A stretch of 64,000 bases of DNA from Macrostomum hystrix (lineage: Eukaryota; Animalia; Platyhelminthes). Positions 24,987-36,207 of the stretch are shown here, in pieces. Position 1 is the stretch's first letter. Each line of letters starts with the position of its first letter. The notes below the pieces were generated by a model. It did not search any database. It was not told the origin of the DNA and worked only from the letters and a program-made list of their open reading frames with translations. The translations under genes were made by a program, and so were the position numbers. The stretch spans positions 744,001 through 808,000 of the forward strand of contig CATNEN010000010.1 of the NCBI GenBank assembly GCA_950097015.1. Direction: 5' to 3'.

Positions 24987-25532
24987 TGCCGCGGAGTCCC
25001 GGCTAGAAGCGGAGCGGCAGAAAAATCGGAGCTGCCTTTCGAAGTCGAGTAGAGAGATCAAGGCTGGGAGAGCAGCAGCAGCAGCAGCGGAAAGCTAGAC
25101 CCTGGCCTCTTACCACCCGTGTTTCGCCACTCAGGCTCCCCGGATCCCTTACCCGACTGGGAAGCCAGTTGGTGCCAGGGTCCCTTCCCCCAATCAGACC
25201 TGGCGGGCCGTGGCGTCAAGTTTCTGTTTCTGAGGAATGGGGGAGGCAGGACTCGGGGGGGGGTGACAGTGCTCTCGTGACCTTATTGCTGATCTGGCAA
25301 TCATATTCAGCATGGGCGATACTGGCGGGTCTCGACCAGTTTTTGTTGCCAGGCAATGCTTGGCAAGCACGGAGCCTAGATTTCCTGAGTCCACAAGAAG
25401 TTGCCCTCCTCTGTGTCACACGGACTGAGCCGATGCCCCGAGGGCTTGGATGAGTCGAGGTCACGCCGGCACACCCGACTCAGCCTCTGGGATAAAGCCA
25501 ACAGGGCCTCGTAAGTTTTAGGCGAGAATTTC

Positions 25533-25720
25533 GAAGTTTCACGCGCCCCAGATTCAGCAATCCCACCCCATAACTGGATTAGGCTGCGGTAGGGCGGGCT
25601 GATTAGCATAGAGGAGGACACCGAAGCTTCACGCGCCCCAGATTCAGCAATCCCACCCCATAACTGGATTAGGCTGCGGTAGGGCGGGCTGATTAGCATA
25701 GAGGTGGACACCGAAGCTTC
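25533..25720. repeat. 90-bp direct duplication ~550 bp upstream of the iGluR ATG
   Basis: GAAG(T/C)TTCACGCGCCCCAGATTCAGCAATCCCACCCATAACTGGATTAGGCTGCGGTAGGGCGGGCTGATTAGCATAGAGG(A/T)GGACACC at 25533 and 25623. Confidence 0.9.
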
Positions 25721-25929
25721 ATCAGCCCGCACGCGAAAAAAGTAACATAAACGAACCATTGCGAAGCTTGAGGCTCGTCAGTTGAAGAAAAATGGGAGAA
25801 TTTTCTGCCTGCTGATGACAAATCAATAAATTTGTCGCTTCAAATGTAACATGCGATTGAAGCATAGCCAGAATTGCGAACTGGAATTTTTTGTGAATAA
25901 GGATTTACTGATTTTTTGTGTGACTGGGA

Positions 25930-28290
25930 AATATCGTGAGTGATGGTTGTGTGATTAGGGAGTTTTGTGAGTGATGGTTGTGTGATTGGGGAGTTTTGTG
26001 AGTGATGGTTGTGTGATTGGGGAGTTTTGTGAGTGATGGTTGTGTGAATGGGGAGTTTTGTGAGTGATGGTTGTGTGAATGGGGAGTTTTGTGAGTGATG
26101 GTTGTGTGATTGGGGAGTTTTGTGAGTGATGGTTGTGTGATTGGGGAGTTTTGTGAGTGATGGTTGTGTGATTGGGAAATATTGTGAGTGATGGTTGTGT
26201 GAATGGGGAGTTTTGTGAGTCATGATTGTGTGATTGGGGAGTTTTTGTGAGTCATGATTGTGTGATTGGGGAGTTTTGTGAGTGATGGTTGTGTGATTGG
26301 GGAGTTTTGTGAGTGATGATTGTGTGAATGGGGAGTTTTGTGAGTCATGATTGTGTGATTGGGGAGTTTTGTGAGTCATGATTGTGTGATTGGGGAGTTT
26401 TGTGAGTGATGGTTGTGTGAATGGGGAGTTTTGTGAGTGATGGTTGTGTGATTGGGGAGTTTTGTGAGTGATGGTTGTGTGATTGGGAAATATTGTGAGT
26501 GATGGTTGTGTGAATGGGGAGTTTTGTGAGTGATGGTTGTGTGAATGGGGAGTTTTGTGAGTGATGGTTGTGTGATTGGGGAGTTTTGTGAGTGATGGTT
26601 GTGTGATTGGGGAGTTTTGTGAGTGATGGTTGTGTGATTGGGAAATATTGTGAGTGATGGTTGTGTGAATGGGGAGTTTTGTGAGTCATGATTGTGTGAT
26701 TGGGGAGTTTTGTGAGTGATGATTGTGTGATTGGGGAGTTTTGTGAGTGATGGTTGTGTGAATGGGGAGTTTTGTGAGTGATGGATGTGTGATTGGGGAG
26801 TTTTGTGAGTGATGGATGTGTGAATGGGGAGTTTTGTGAGTGATGATTGTGTGAATGGGGAGTTTCGTGAGTGATGGTTGTGTGATTGGGGAGTTTTGTG
26901 AGTGATGGTTGTGTGAATGGGGAGTTTCGTGAGTGATGGTTGTGTGAATGGGGAGTTTTGTGAGTGATGATTGTGTGATTGGGAAATATTGTGAGTGATG
27001 GTTGTGTGAATGGGGAGTTTTGTGAGTGATGGTTGTGTGAATGGGGAGTTTTGTGAGTGATGATTGTGTGAATGGGGAGTTTTGTGAGTGATGGTTGTGT
27101 GAATGGGGAGTTTTGTGAGTGATGGTTGTGTGATTGGGGAGTTTTGTGAGTGATGGTTGTGTGAATGGGGAGTTTTGTGAGTGATGATTGTGTGATTGGG
27201 AAATATTGTGAGTGATGGTTGTGTGATTGGGGAGTTTTGTGAGTGATGGTTGTGTGAATGGGGAGTTTCGTGAGTGATGATTGTGTGATTGGGGAGTTTT
27301 GTGAGTCATGATTGTGTGATTGGGGAGTTTTGTGAGTGATGGTTGTGTGAATGGGGAGTTTTGTGAGTGATGGTTGTGTGAATGGGGAGTTTTGTGAGTG
27401 ATGGTTGTGTGAATGGGGAGTTTTGTGAGTGATGATTGTGTGATTGGGAAATATCGTGAGTGATGGTTGTGTGATTAGGGAGTTTTGTGAGTGATGGTTG
27501 TGTGATTGGGGAGTTTTGTGAGTGATGGTTGTGTGATTGGGGAGTTTTGTGAGTGATGGTTGTGTGATTGGGAAATATTGTGAGTGATGGTTGTGTGAAT
27601 GGGGAGTTTTGTGAGTGATGGTTGTGTGAATGGGGAGTTTTGTGAGTGATGGTTGTGTGATTGGGGAGTTTTGTGAGTGATGGATGTGTGAATGGGGAGT
27701 TTTGTGAGTGATGGTTGTGTGAATGGGGAGTTTTGTGAGTGATGGTTGTGTGAATGGGGAGTTTTGTGAGTGATGATTGTGTGATTGGGAAATATTGTGA
27801 GTGATGGTTGTGTGAATGGGGAGTTTTGTGAGTGATGATTGTGTGATTGGGAAATATTGTGAGTGATGGTTGTGTGAATGGGGAGTTTTGTGAGTGATGG
27901 ATGTGTGAATGGGGAGTTTTGTGAGTGATGGTTGTGTGAATGGGGAGTTTTGTGAGTGATGGTTGTGTGAATGGGGAGTTTTGTGAGTGATGATTGTGTG
28001 ATTGGGAAATATTGTGAGTGATGGTTGTGTGAATGGGGAGTTTTGTGAGTGATGGTTGTGTGAATGGGGAGTTTTGTGAGTGATGGTTGTGTGAATGGGG
28101 AGTTTTGTGAGTGATGGTTGTGTGAATGGGGAGTTTTGTGAGTGATGATTGTGTGTATGGGAAATATTGTGAGTGATGATTGTGTGAATGGGGATTTTTG
28201 TGAGTGATGGTTGTGTGAATGGGAAATATTGTGAGTGATGATTGTGTGAATGGGATTTTTTGTGAGTGGTTATTATAAATGGGGAGTTTT
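25930..28290. repeat. 31-bp minisatellite, ~75 copies
   Basis: Unit GGGGAGTTTTGTGAGTGATGGTTGTGTGA(A/T)T, with a recurrent GGGAAATATT variant. Confidence 0.97.
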
Positions 28291-29106
28291 GTGAGTTATT
28301 TTTGTTTGAATGGGGATTTCTGTGTATATTGATTTCTAAGAAGTGATTTCTGTATGGCATCAGCAAACAAAGATCTGTTTTGCTATTACAGAAGTTACCG
28401 ACCCGTGTCTGGCTAGTAAGCGCGCCATGAAGTGTAAATAATTAATGAATGAAAGGCAAATCATTGTATTGACATAGAGACAGGCTAAAATGTGTTATTA
28501 AACAAGGGACTCAATCTAAGAGTTAAAAACGTGAAGATAAGGAAATTGTTCATAGGTAGAAGCTTATATTTGTCTGCTGACTCGAATTTCTGCTCCAAAA
28601 GCCATTGCAAACATTTCACTTAAAGTTTGGATAAAAGTACTGACGGGATCAGAAGGAAAAATTACGGCGGAATGGGAAAATTCCGAAATAATAAAACCTG
28701 ATAGGCACGACTTGGACGGAGCAAGAAGGGAAATCGAGAGCTGGTCGGTAACACAGGAATGCTTAGAGGATTCAACTTTTTGCGTATCATAGCAGCAAAA
28801 ATCTGAACTGTCTCACTTTTGCCTACTAAAAGTAGAAATAGAAGCTTTTTGCAGTAAAAATCTATTCATCTCTGACATTAGAATTTACTATCGAAAAAAG
28901 GACAAATAATGACAAACTGAGGCAATAAGCGAGCTGGGGTGTGACAGACGGGCATAGACTGGAACAGAAAATTGTGACATTGTGACTGTGAATAGAAGGG
29001 AATGCGCACGTGCGGCGAAGGAAAATATAGATAAATGGTTAGAAGCGTTTGCAAGCGGCTTCAGCGGTCCTTTGTGGCTCTGCACCTCCTTCGCTGACGG
29101 CGGGTG

Positions 29107-30802
29107 TCAATCCTCGTCAACATCGTCATCCTCGAACTGGGCCAGGCGGCGGCGAAGGTCCTTGATCTGGTCGTTTTTCTTTTGCAGCATCTGCTTCAGG
29201 TTGCGGAACGGCGCCGTCTGGGACACCTTCAGCTCCAGTTCCTGCTCGGCCAGGCTGAGCAGGGCGCGAACTCGGGACAGCTCGTCCTCCGCCTCGTCTG
29301 GACCCAAGCCAGAGCGCTGCGCGGTAGGAGTGCAGACTCGATTGAGATCCCAGCAAATCTGACCTACCTGACCCACCAGATCTGACCTACCTGACCCACT
29401 AGACTCACCAGATCTGACCCTGTTGACCCACCAAATCAGACCTACCTGACCCATCAGAACTGACCTCCCTGACCCAATAGAACTAACCTCCCTGACCCAC
29501 CAGAACTGACCTCCCTGACCCACCAGAACTGACCTCCCTGACCCACCAGATCTGACCCATCACATCTGACCTACCTGACCCACCACATCTGACCTATCTG
29601 ACCCACTAAATTACAGATCTGATCCACTTGACCCACCAGATCTGACCTACCCGACCCACTAGACTCACCAGATCTGACCCACTTGCCCCACCAGATCTAA
29701 CCCACTAGACTCACCAGATCTGACCCGCTTAACCCAGCAGAACTTATTTCATGAAAAGCCTGACCCGAACAACCTACGGCTTGACTTTAAATGAACCTTC
29801 CAGTCAGCTTAGAATGAAGGTCATTGTTTGCGCAGTCTGCGGGTTCTGAACGCCCTGCCTCACCTGGTCGCGCAACTCGCGCCGGTCGTCACGCAGCCGC
29901 TCCAGCTCCTTCTCCAGGTCGCGAACAAGGCGGTCGCCGCCCTTGACGCCCTGCGTGAGCTGCCTGGCCAGGTCCAGCTTGTCAGTCTTGAGTCGCTCAG
30001 CTTCGATCTGGGCATCCTGCAGCCGCTCCTCCAGCTGGCCGATCTGGGCGTGCAGCCGCCCGATCTCCTGGCGCAGCAGCTCCGTGCTGCCCGTGTCATT
30101 CACCGGGGCCAGGTGCGGCCTCGCATCGGCTCCGGCGCCGCTGAACTCCTGCTCTTCGAACTCCCGGATGCGGTCCAGCAGGGCCTTGTTCTCCAGCTCC
30201 GACACGTCCGCGGACAGTCGGAGATGCCACTTCTCAGCCTGCGGCACGGCAGCGACTCATTATTCAATTGGATGTACAATCTTGCATGCGTGACCCAATA
30301 CCCATGACTCACGTGACCCAATACCCTTGACTCACGTGACCCAATACCCTTGACTCACGAGACCCAATACCCATGACTCATGTGACCCAATACCCTTGAC
30401 TCACGTGACCCAATACCCTTGACTCACGTGACCCAATACCCATGACTCATGTGACCCAATACCCATGACTCATGTGACCCAATACCCATGACTCATGTGA
30501 CCCAATACCCATGACTCAAAGTGGCGCACCTGCTGGAACAGCTGCCTGAGCAGAAGGATGTTGGTGTGAGCAGAGTTAATTAGCTCGGCCTCGACCTCGG
30601 TGCGAACATTCTCCTCAAGGTCAGCCAGCAGGTCCTCCACCTCGTCAATGGTGAAGTTGGCTTCATCTTTGAGGCGCGAGTCGCGAATGTCGTCGAAGCA
30701 GCCGAGGACGCTCTTGAGTCGCTGGCCGCGTTGGTAGCGGGCGAAGCGCAGGTACTGCACAATGTTTGTCTGGTGGTGATCGTTCAGGCCCAGCGCTGAC
30801 AT
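29107..30802 (-). CDS. LZTFL1: Leucine zipper transcription factor-like 1 (BBS17) homologue, 3 exons, 285 aa
   Basis: Exons 30802-30530, 30238-29864, 29316-29107; phase 0, total 858 nt. LGLNDHHQ...YLRFAR...FTIDEV...ELINSAHTNILLLRQLFQQAEKWHL...ELENKALL; C-terminus FRNLKQMLQKKNDQIKDLRRRLAQFE. Confidence 0.95.
29355..29730. repeat. ~23-bp diverged minisatellite in LZTFL1 intron 2
   Basis: CTGACCT(A/C)CCTGACCCACCAGA(T/A) units. Confidence 0.85.
30285..30515. repeat. 22-bp minisatellite in LZTFL1 intron 1
   Basis: GTGACCCAATACCC(T/A)TGACTCA(C/T) units. Confidence 0.92.
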
Positions 30803-30859
30803 GACTGCGGCTGCGGACGGGCTGGGGAAATGGAAGACATGCCTGATAATCCATTTTAT

Positions 30860-31075
30860 GTCAACTGATCACACATATGATTATCGATTTTATGTCAGCT
30901 GATCACACATATTATTAACGATTTTATGTCTGCTGATCACACATTATTATCGTGATTATCGATATTCTGTCAGCTGATCACACATTATTATCGTGATTAT
31001 CGATTTTCTGTCAGCTGATCACACATTATTATCGTGATTATCGATTTTATGCCAACTGATCACACACATGATTTA
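30860..31075. repeat. Diverged ~40-bp tandem repeat upstream of LZTFL1
   Basis: Recurrent CTGATCACACA...TTATCGATTTT units. Confidence 0.75.
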
Positions 31076-31577
31076 TCGATTTCCTTTCAGATCAGGCACG
31101 CATAAAAATCAATTTCTAGCCACCTGATCAGACTTAATACCTGGGTGTTTAACTGACCCACAAGATCTGACCTACCTGACCCAATTGGAGTTGATTGTAC
31201 AGACATACTAGCCTATGTGACATAATCTTGCGACTTGGCGTCCTTTTCATAATATTGTACTCGTAAATGAAAAAGGCAAGTCAAGAACACAAAAAGCATG
31301 ACAGGTAGCAATCAGATCAGAAAAGTTATTGATTTATTGAAGCAGAATACAATAGGCGGATTACAAGCTCCGTCAAATGACAAATTATGCGCAATTCTAT
31401 CCTAGCCATCTCTAACCTATGGTTGCATCTGCAGTCGAATCTGCTGCAAAAATAATCAACTCGTGCCGCCTGATAGCAATAAGTCAGGTCACAAGTCAAA
31501 GTTGATTGATGGGTCAGATAATATTTAATCGATAAGTTAATCGATAAATCATGTTGATTGGTGGGTTGTGTCAATCA

Positions 31578-32030
31578 TGGGTCAGATCAGAGTTGATTGA
31601 TGGGTTAATCGTGGGTCAGATCAGAGTTGATTGATGGGTTAATCGTGGGTCAGATCAGAGTTGATTGATGGGTTAATCGTGGGTCAGATCAGAGTTGATT
31701 GATCGGTTAATCGTGGGTCAGATCAGAGTTGATTGATGGGTTAATCGTGGGTCAGATCAGAGTTGATTGATGAGTCAATCGTGGGTCAGATCAGAGTTGA
31801 TTGATGGGTTAATCGTGGGTCAGGTCAGAGTTGATTGATGAGTCAATCGTGGGTCAGGTCAGAGTTGATCGATGGGTTAATCGTGGGTCAGATCAGAGTT
31901 GATTGATGGGTCAATCGTGGGTCAGATCAGAGTTGATTGATGAGTCAATCGTGGATCAGGTCAGATTTGAATGATGGGTCAATCGTGGATCAGGTCAGAG
32001 TTGATTGATGGGTCAATCGTGGGTCAGGTC
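31578..32030. repeat. 34-bp minisatellite between ENTR1 and LZTFL1, ~13 copies
   Basis: GGGTCAGATCAGAGTTGATTGATGGGTTAATCGT units. Confidence 0.95.
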
Positions 32031-32494
32031 AAAATGTATTAATAGATTGAATCAGACTTAAGCGCAAGTCATTACCGCATTGGTTACTGGTACAACATGT
32101 CTCAGAATTGGATCGACAGACAGCAAAGGCAAACTCGGCTAAGTTTTTAATCTTTGACTGAGAATAAGCGAAAAACATCATTAAGAAGCATTCGCATGGG
32201 AAGCGAACGCAGGCAACGAACTCGAGAATCCAGACCGTCTGCGCACACTTGAATGAAACACAATCTGTGAGGCTAAGCTAATCAGTTGACATACGCATTA
32301 GAATACAATGGAGAATGATAAAACAGGCCTTTAGTTAATTGCTAGAGACATGCAGAGAGAAGCGACAAAGCCGCCTGTACAAGACTGGAGCAATAATGGT
32401 ATAAGGGCTACATGTTCTGGCGGCATGGAAGCCAGGGGATTCAACAAAGGCTCGATACTGGAGGAGAAATCGGAGAATCTGAGACTGCTAGAGG

Positions 32495-33511
32495 TCAGTC
32501 CGGGTCGTCCATGCCGCGGGGTGCGGGCGGCTCCTCGCGCAGCCGGCCAAGCGAGTCCAGCCGGTCTGCCAGCAGGTGGGCGGTTTCGAGTCCCTTCAGC
32601 AGGGCCTGCAGAGCCGCCTCCTGCTGACGCGCGCCCAGCCGCAGCTGGCCGGCGATGCCGCGGGCCTCCGAAGTCACGGTGTCCTGACTGTCCATCGGCG
32701 TTGTCGTTGCCGAAGAAGTCGACGTTGTCGCCGCTGCTGAAGCCGCCCTGGCCTCCTGGAGCTGCTGGCGCAGCCGGGCCGCCCGCTGCTCGGCCCTGGC
32801 AGCCCGATCGTTGGCCGCGGTTAGAGCCGCCTCCACCTGGCGCAGCTGGTCGGTCTCAAGGCGCTCCTGATCTTCGCGCTGACGAAGCCGACGCCGCAGT
32901 TGGTCGCACTCGCGGCCGAGTCGGGCGCAGCCCGGGCAGCCGGCAACGGCGGAAGTCGGTGCCGCCGTAGACGCTACTGACGAAGCAGAAGATAATATTG
33001 GAGAGGCGGCGTCACTTTGTGAGGAGGCGGCGACGGTCGCGGATTCGTGGCCAGTCAAGAAGTCCGGCAGAGGAGTTGGCTCTGTCGGAGCGGTCGAGAC
33101 ACCGACGTCGGCAGCAGCAGCAACAGCAGCGGCGGCGGCGGCGGCGGCGGCGATTCCAGCCGCAACGGACGCGGCATCTCGCGGTGGCACGGGAGGAGGC
33201 GGCGGTGGGGGCGGTGGAGGCGGGGGAGGTGGCGGAGGATGATGATGGAGATGCAGGCCACCGCTGCTTTCTTCAGCTGATTGGACAAAGTCAGGCAAGT
33301 GGTGATTGGCCAGGCTGAAAGGATTCTGATTGGATGGAATCGGATGGCCAGGCGAGACCATAGGCGGAGGCGGCGGCGGAGGATTGTGATAATCAGAGAT
33401 CAGGAATCGGCGAAACGAGTAGGGATTGTCTTCCGGCGGGGGCTGGGGAGCCTGCTGATGATGAGGCGGCGAATCTGCAGCCTGCTGGGCGGTTCCAGCG
33501 CGGCTCGACAT
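32495..33511 (-). CDS. ENTR1: Endosome-associated trafficking regulator 1 (SDCCAG3) homologue, single coding exon, 338 aa
   Basis: NPYSFRRFL motif, two LPDF motifs, coiled coil (QLRQVEAALTAANDRAARAE) and C-terminal LLKGLETAHLLADRLDSLGRL, matching my recollection of the family. Acceptor ttctacagttttccag| lies ~30 nt upstream of the ATG. Confidence 0.78.
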   Translation of the reverse strand: MSSRAGTAQQAADSPPHHQQAPQPPPEDNPYSFRRFLISDYHNPPPPPPPMVSPGHPIPSNQNPFSLANHHLPDFVQSAEESSGGLHLHHHPPPPPPPPPPPPPPPPVPPRDAASVAAGIAAAAAAAAAVAAAADVGVSTAPTEPTPLPDFLTGHESATVAASSQSDAASPILSSASSVASTAAPTSAVAGCPGCARLGRECDQLRRRLRQREDQERLETDQLRQVEAALTAANDRAARAEQRAARLRQQLQEARAASAAATTSTSSATTTPMDSQDTVTSEARGIAGQLRLGARQQEAALQALLKGLETAHLLADRLDSLGRLREEPPAPRGMDDPD

Positions 33512-34549
33512 GGCAGCAGCTGCGGTCGGTTATTCAAGCGGCTGGAAAACTGTAGAATGAACCAGAGAAAAAGTTTAGTGATTTTTTAACACTACTAAAT
33601 CAGAATTCGAACAGAAATTATGATAGTTAGCAGTTGGAGAATTAGCCTTTAAGTCCTAAGTATGAAGAGCTGAACTCTATTTTTTTCAAAGATAAAAAAA
33701 TAAAAAACAACTTTATTAAAATTATTTTAAATGGAGCAAGAGTTTTCTAAAAAAATGGTGAATAGAAACCCCAAATGCATGGATCAATACAATTTGGGTG
33801 AGCAATTTAAGGTTGATTTAAAAACAATTGACACTTGTATAAGCAAACTTTGCTATTCAAGGCTATGACGCATGGCATAAAAATGAATTAGAATTCTACA
33901 TTAGTTTTATAGCATAGATAGCTACTTTTGAAAAACATTTTGACATTCATTGCCTTTTGTAAGTGATATTAGAAATAGTTGAAATATTAGATATTACAAT
34001 TTGATTTATAGCACCAAGCCCAGGTAGTTTTTATTTCTAGCTATGAACACAGCTAGGAATGTATCTTCTTATTTAAATAATACTTAGTTACAAACAGAAC
34101 AGTAATATCAAAACTATAGGCCCCAAAGCTATTTTGCAAAGACAAAAGGACAAATATGAAAGTAAAATATACAAAAGTACTAGCTAGCTTAAGTAGCAAT
34201 AATTACAATAGTGTTATAATATTATAATACAAAAAATACATAAATTAAAGGGTGAGTTGCAGAGTAGTAAAAGGAGCTTGCATCAAGGTCCCAGAGCTTA
34301 ATTGTGCAGCAAGGCCACATTCATTTGGGGTGTAAAGTGTAGCCACAGAGAAAAGGCTTGGGGCTTGTAGTATAATTTATGTCATTGAGCACCAACCACC
34401 AAGACACAGATGTACATACTTGTGTGAGCATGTGCCTACATACAGTATATGTTTGTATGTGTGCTCAGGAGTCAGTTAAATTGGTCAAATTGCCTCCTTG
34501 CTGGCTACAATATTAGTGTCACTAATTTAATATATATTTATTTTACACC

Positions 34550-34923
34550 CAATTGCACAACCAGGGGGGCAAGCAGTGGCATATCAAGGGTGGTATCAGT
34601 GTATCGGCCAATACCCCTGAAATTTGATGTCTCAAATTTTTTCGCATTCTGTTTCTTTGAAAGAAATGAATTAATTGTTTTTTATTCTTGATATGCTAGA
34701 TAGAACTAAAACCAATATCCCCAAAAAAATCCTGGCTACGCCCCTGGGGGCAAGGGGGGTTTTTATCTGCCACTGTCCACTTTCTGGGGGGATAAAATAT
34801 TGTGATGGGGACCAAGCAAATTTTTTACCAAAACGGCCTTAAAGCCCATCAACAACTTGTCTAGGATAATTTACCTTTGGTCCACCCCCTTATGGCCTTA
34901 GGAAAATTAAAGTTGCACCACTG
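34550..34923. mobile_element. Old hAT-like MITE hosting the insertion at 34574-34746
   Basis: Right end GTTGCACCACTG; degenerate left end CAATTGCACAAC. Flanks TTTACACC and ATTAGACC match 6/8. Confidence 0.4.
34574..34746. mobile_element. 173-bp hAT-like MITE
   Basis: Ends CAGTGGCATATCAAGGGT and ATCCTGGCTACGCCCCTG are imperfect inverted repeats. Exact 8-bp TSD GGGGCAAG at 34566-34573 and 34747-34754. Confidence 0.75.
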
Positions 34924-35025
34924 ATTAGACCAATGAATAGATGATAGGCCTACATTGAGGAAATATGAATCTCTTTATTAGCTAGATTAGCTAAATTAAA
35001 AAAATCTAATATGCTAATGGTTGGT

Positions 35026-35702
35026 GGCAGGGCTTATTCCCACGGTCCTGTGTCAATAATTTCAATTTTATCCACACGGATCCATGCCACTAATTTTCTG
35101 CTTATCCACACGGCAGCTTGTATGAATAGGTCTAAAACTCTTTATATAAATATGCCGTGCCATTAATTTCAATTTTATCCACATGGTTCTGTTCTATGAA
35201 ACAAGGCCCTTTCGGGTTTGAACATTTTGTTGAACCCTCGAGCCAATAGATCGACAAAGTTGCCAGTGTGTTACGACAGTGTTCTACATTTCGACCTACA
35301 CATTCATTAACCGACATTAATGTCATCCTTTTTAATTATTGTAACAACAAATTACTAAATCTTTTGTCATCGTTATAGTGTTTTCATTCAAATTGTATTG
35401 ACTTACAACAAAGTAAGAAGTCTATCAAAGAAAATCATATGAGTCAACTAGCAGAATTTTAGTCAGCACCAAACTCGTCACACATTATAAATCATTGTTA
35501 TTATTTTACACTATGCATTGATAGTGTACAGTATACACTATACTCTGAAGCAAAAGCCTTATGCTCAGAGAAGAATAGGTAGGGACTTGAAAGTAAACCT
35601 ATTCATACAAGCTGCCATGTGGATAAGCAGAAAATTATCGGCACGGATCTGTGTGGATAAAATTGAAACTATCGGCACGGGACCGTGGGAATAAGCACTT
35701 CC
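35026..35702. mobile_element. Non-autonomous Mutator-like (MULE) element, copy 2
   Basis: Colinear with 4773-5437, same TIRs. 10-bp TSD AATGGTTGGT at 35016-35025 and 35703-35712. Confidence 0.85.
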
Positions 35703-36207
35703 AATGGTTGGTAGGCAATGCCAATGGTATCTATATACAGATATGGTCAATTAAATTTAATACACCCTTAAATCTTCTTAAAGTGTAAATTGTGTGAAGA
35801 CGCAAAAGACCTAAAAGCGTTAATTGAGATTGGGATTTACACAAGCGCTAATTTATAACCTTCCTCACCACGTAAACTTTTGCTAGGACGCTTATAATTG
35901 TCAAGAGTGTAATGAAAAATGCCTTGAATATATTTCTGCCTTTCTTATAATAATATGTTACATTTATTAATTTAAACTTGTTGCACACCAAAACAACAAA
36001 AGTTGAGCACGTAACTAAAAATAACGTGTATGTTGACAATATTATTTAATGCGAAGTAAAATAGTGTATTTACTATTTTAAAGAGAAACTGTAATTTGTT
36101 CTCTCTTTCGACACATCATTGTTTTCTTAGTATTTTTAACTTGGCCTCATCCACCACATTTTTCTTGTTTTCCAATTTATTTTGCCCACACAGAATTAAG
36201 GATAAAA

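Noticed and set aside
25840-28366. ORFs of 179-673 aa (HNHHSQNSPFTQPSLTKLP...)
   Set aside because: Translations of the 31-bp array; the 31-aa period equals three units; several frames are open and there is no unique sequence.
32075-32095. GTTACTGGTACAAC as an RFX X-box for the ciliary cluster
   Set aside because: Fails the RGYAAC half-site; too degenerate to support.
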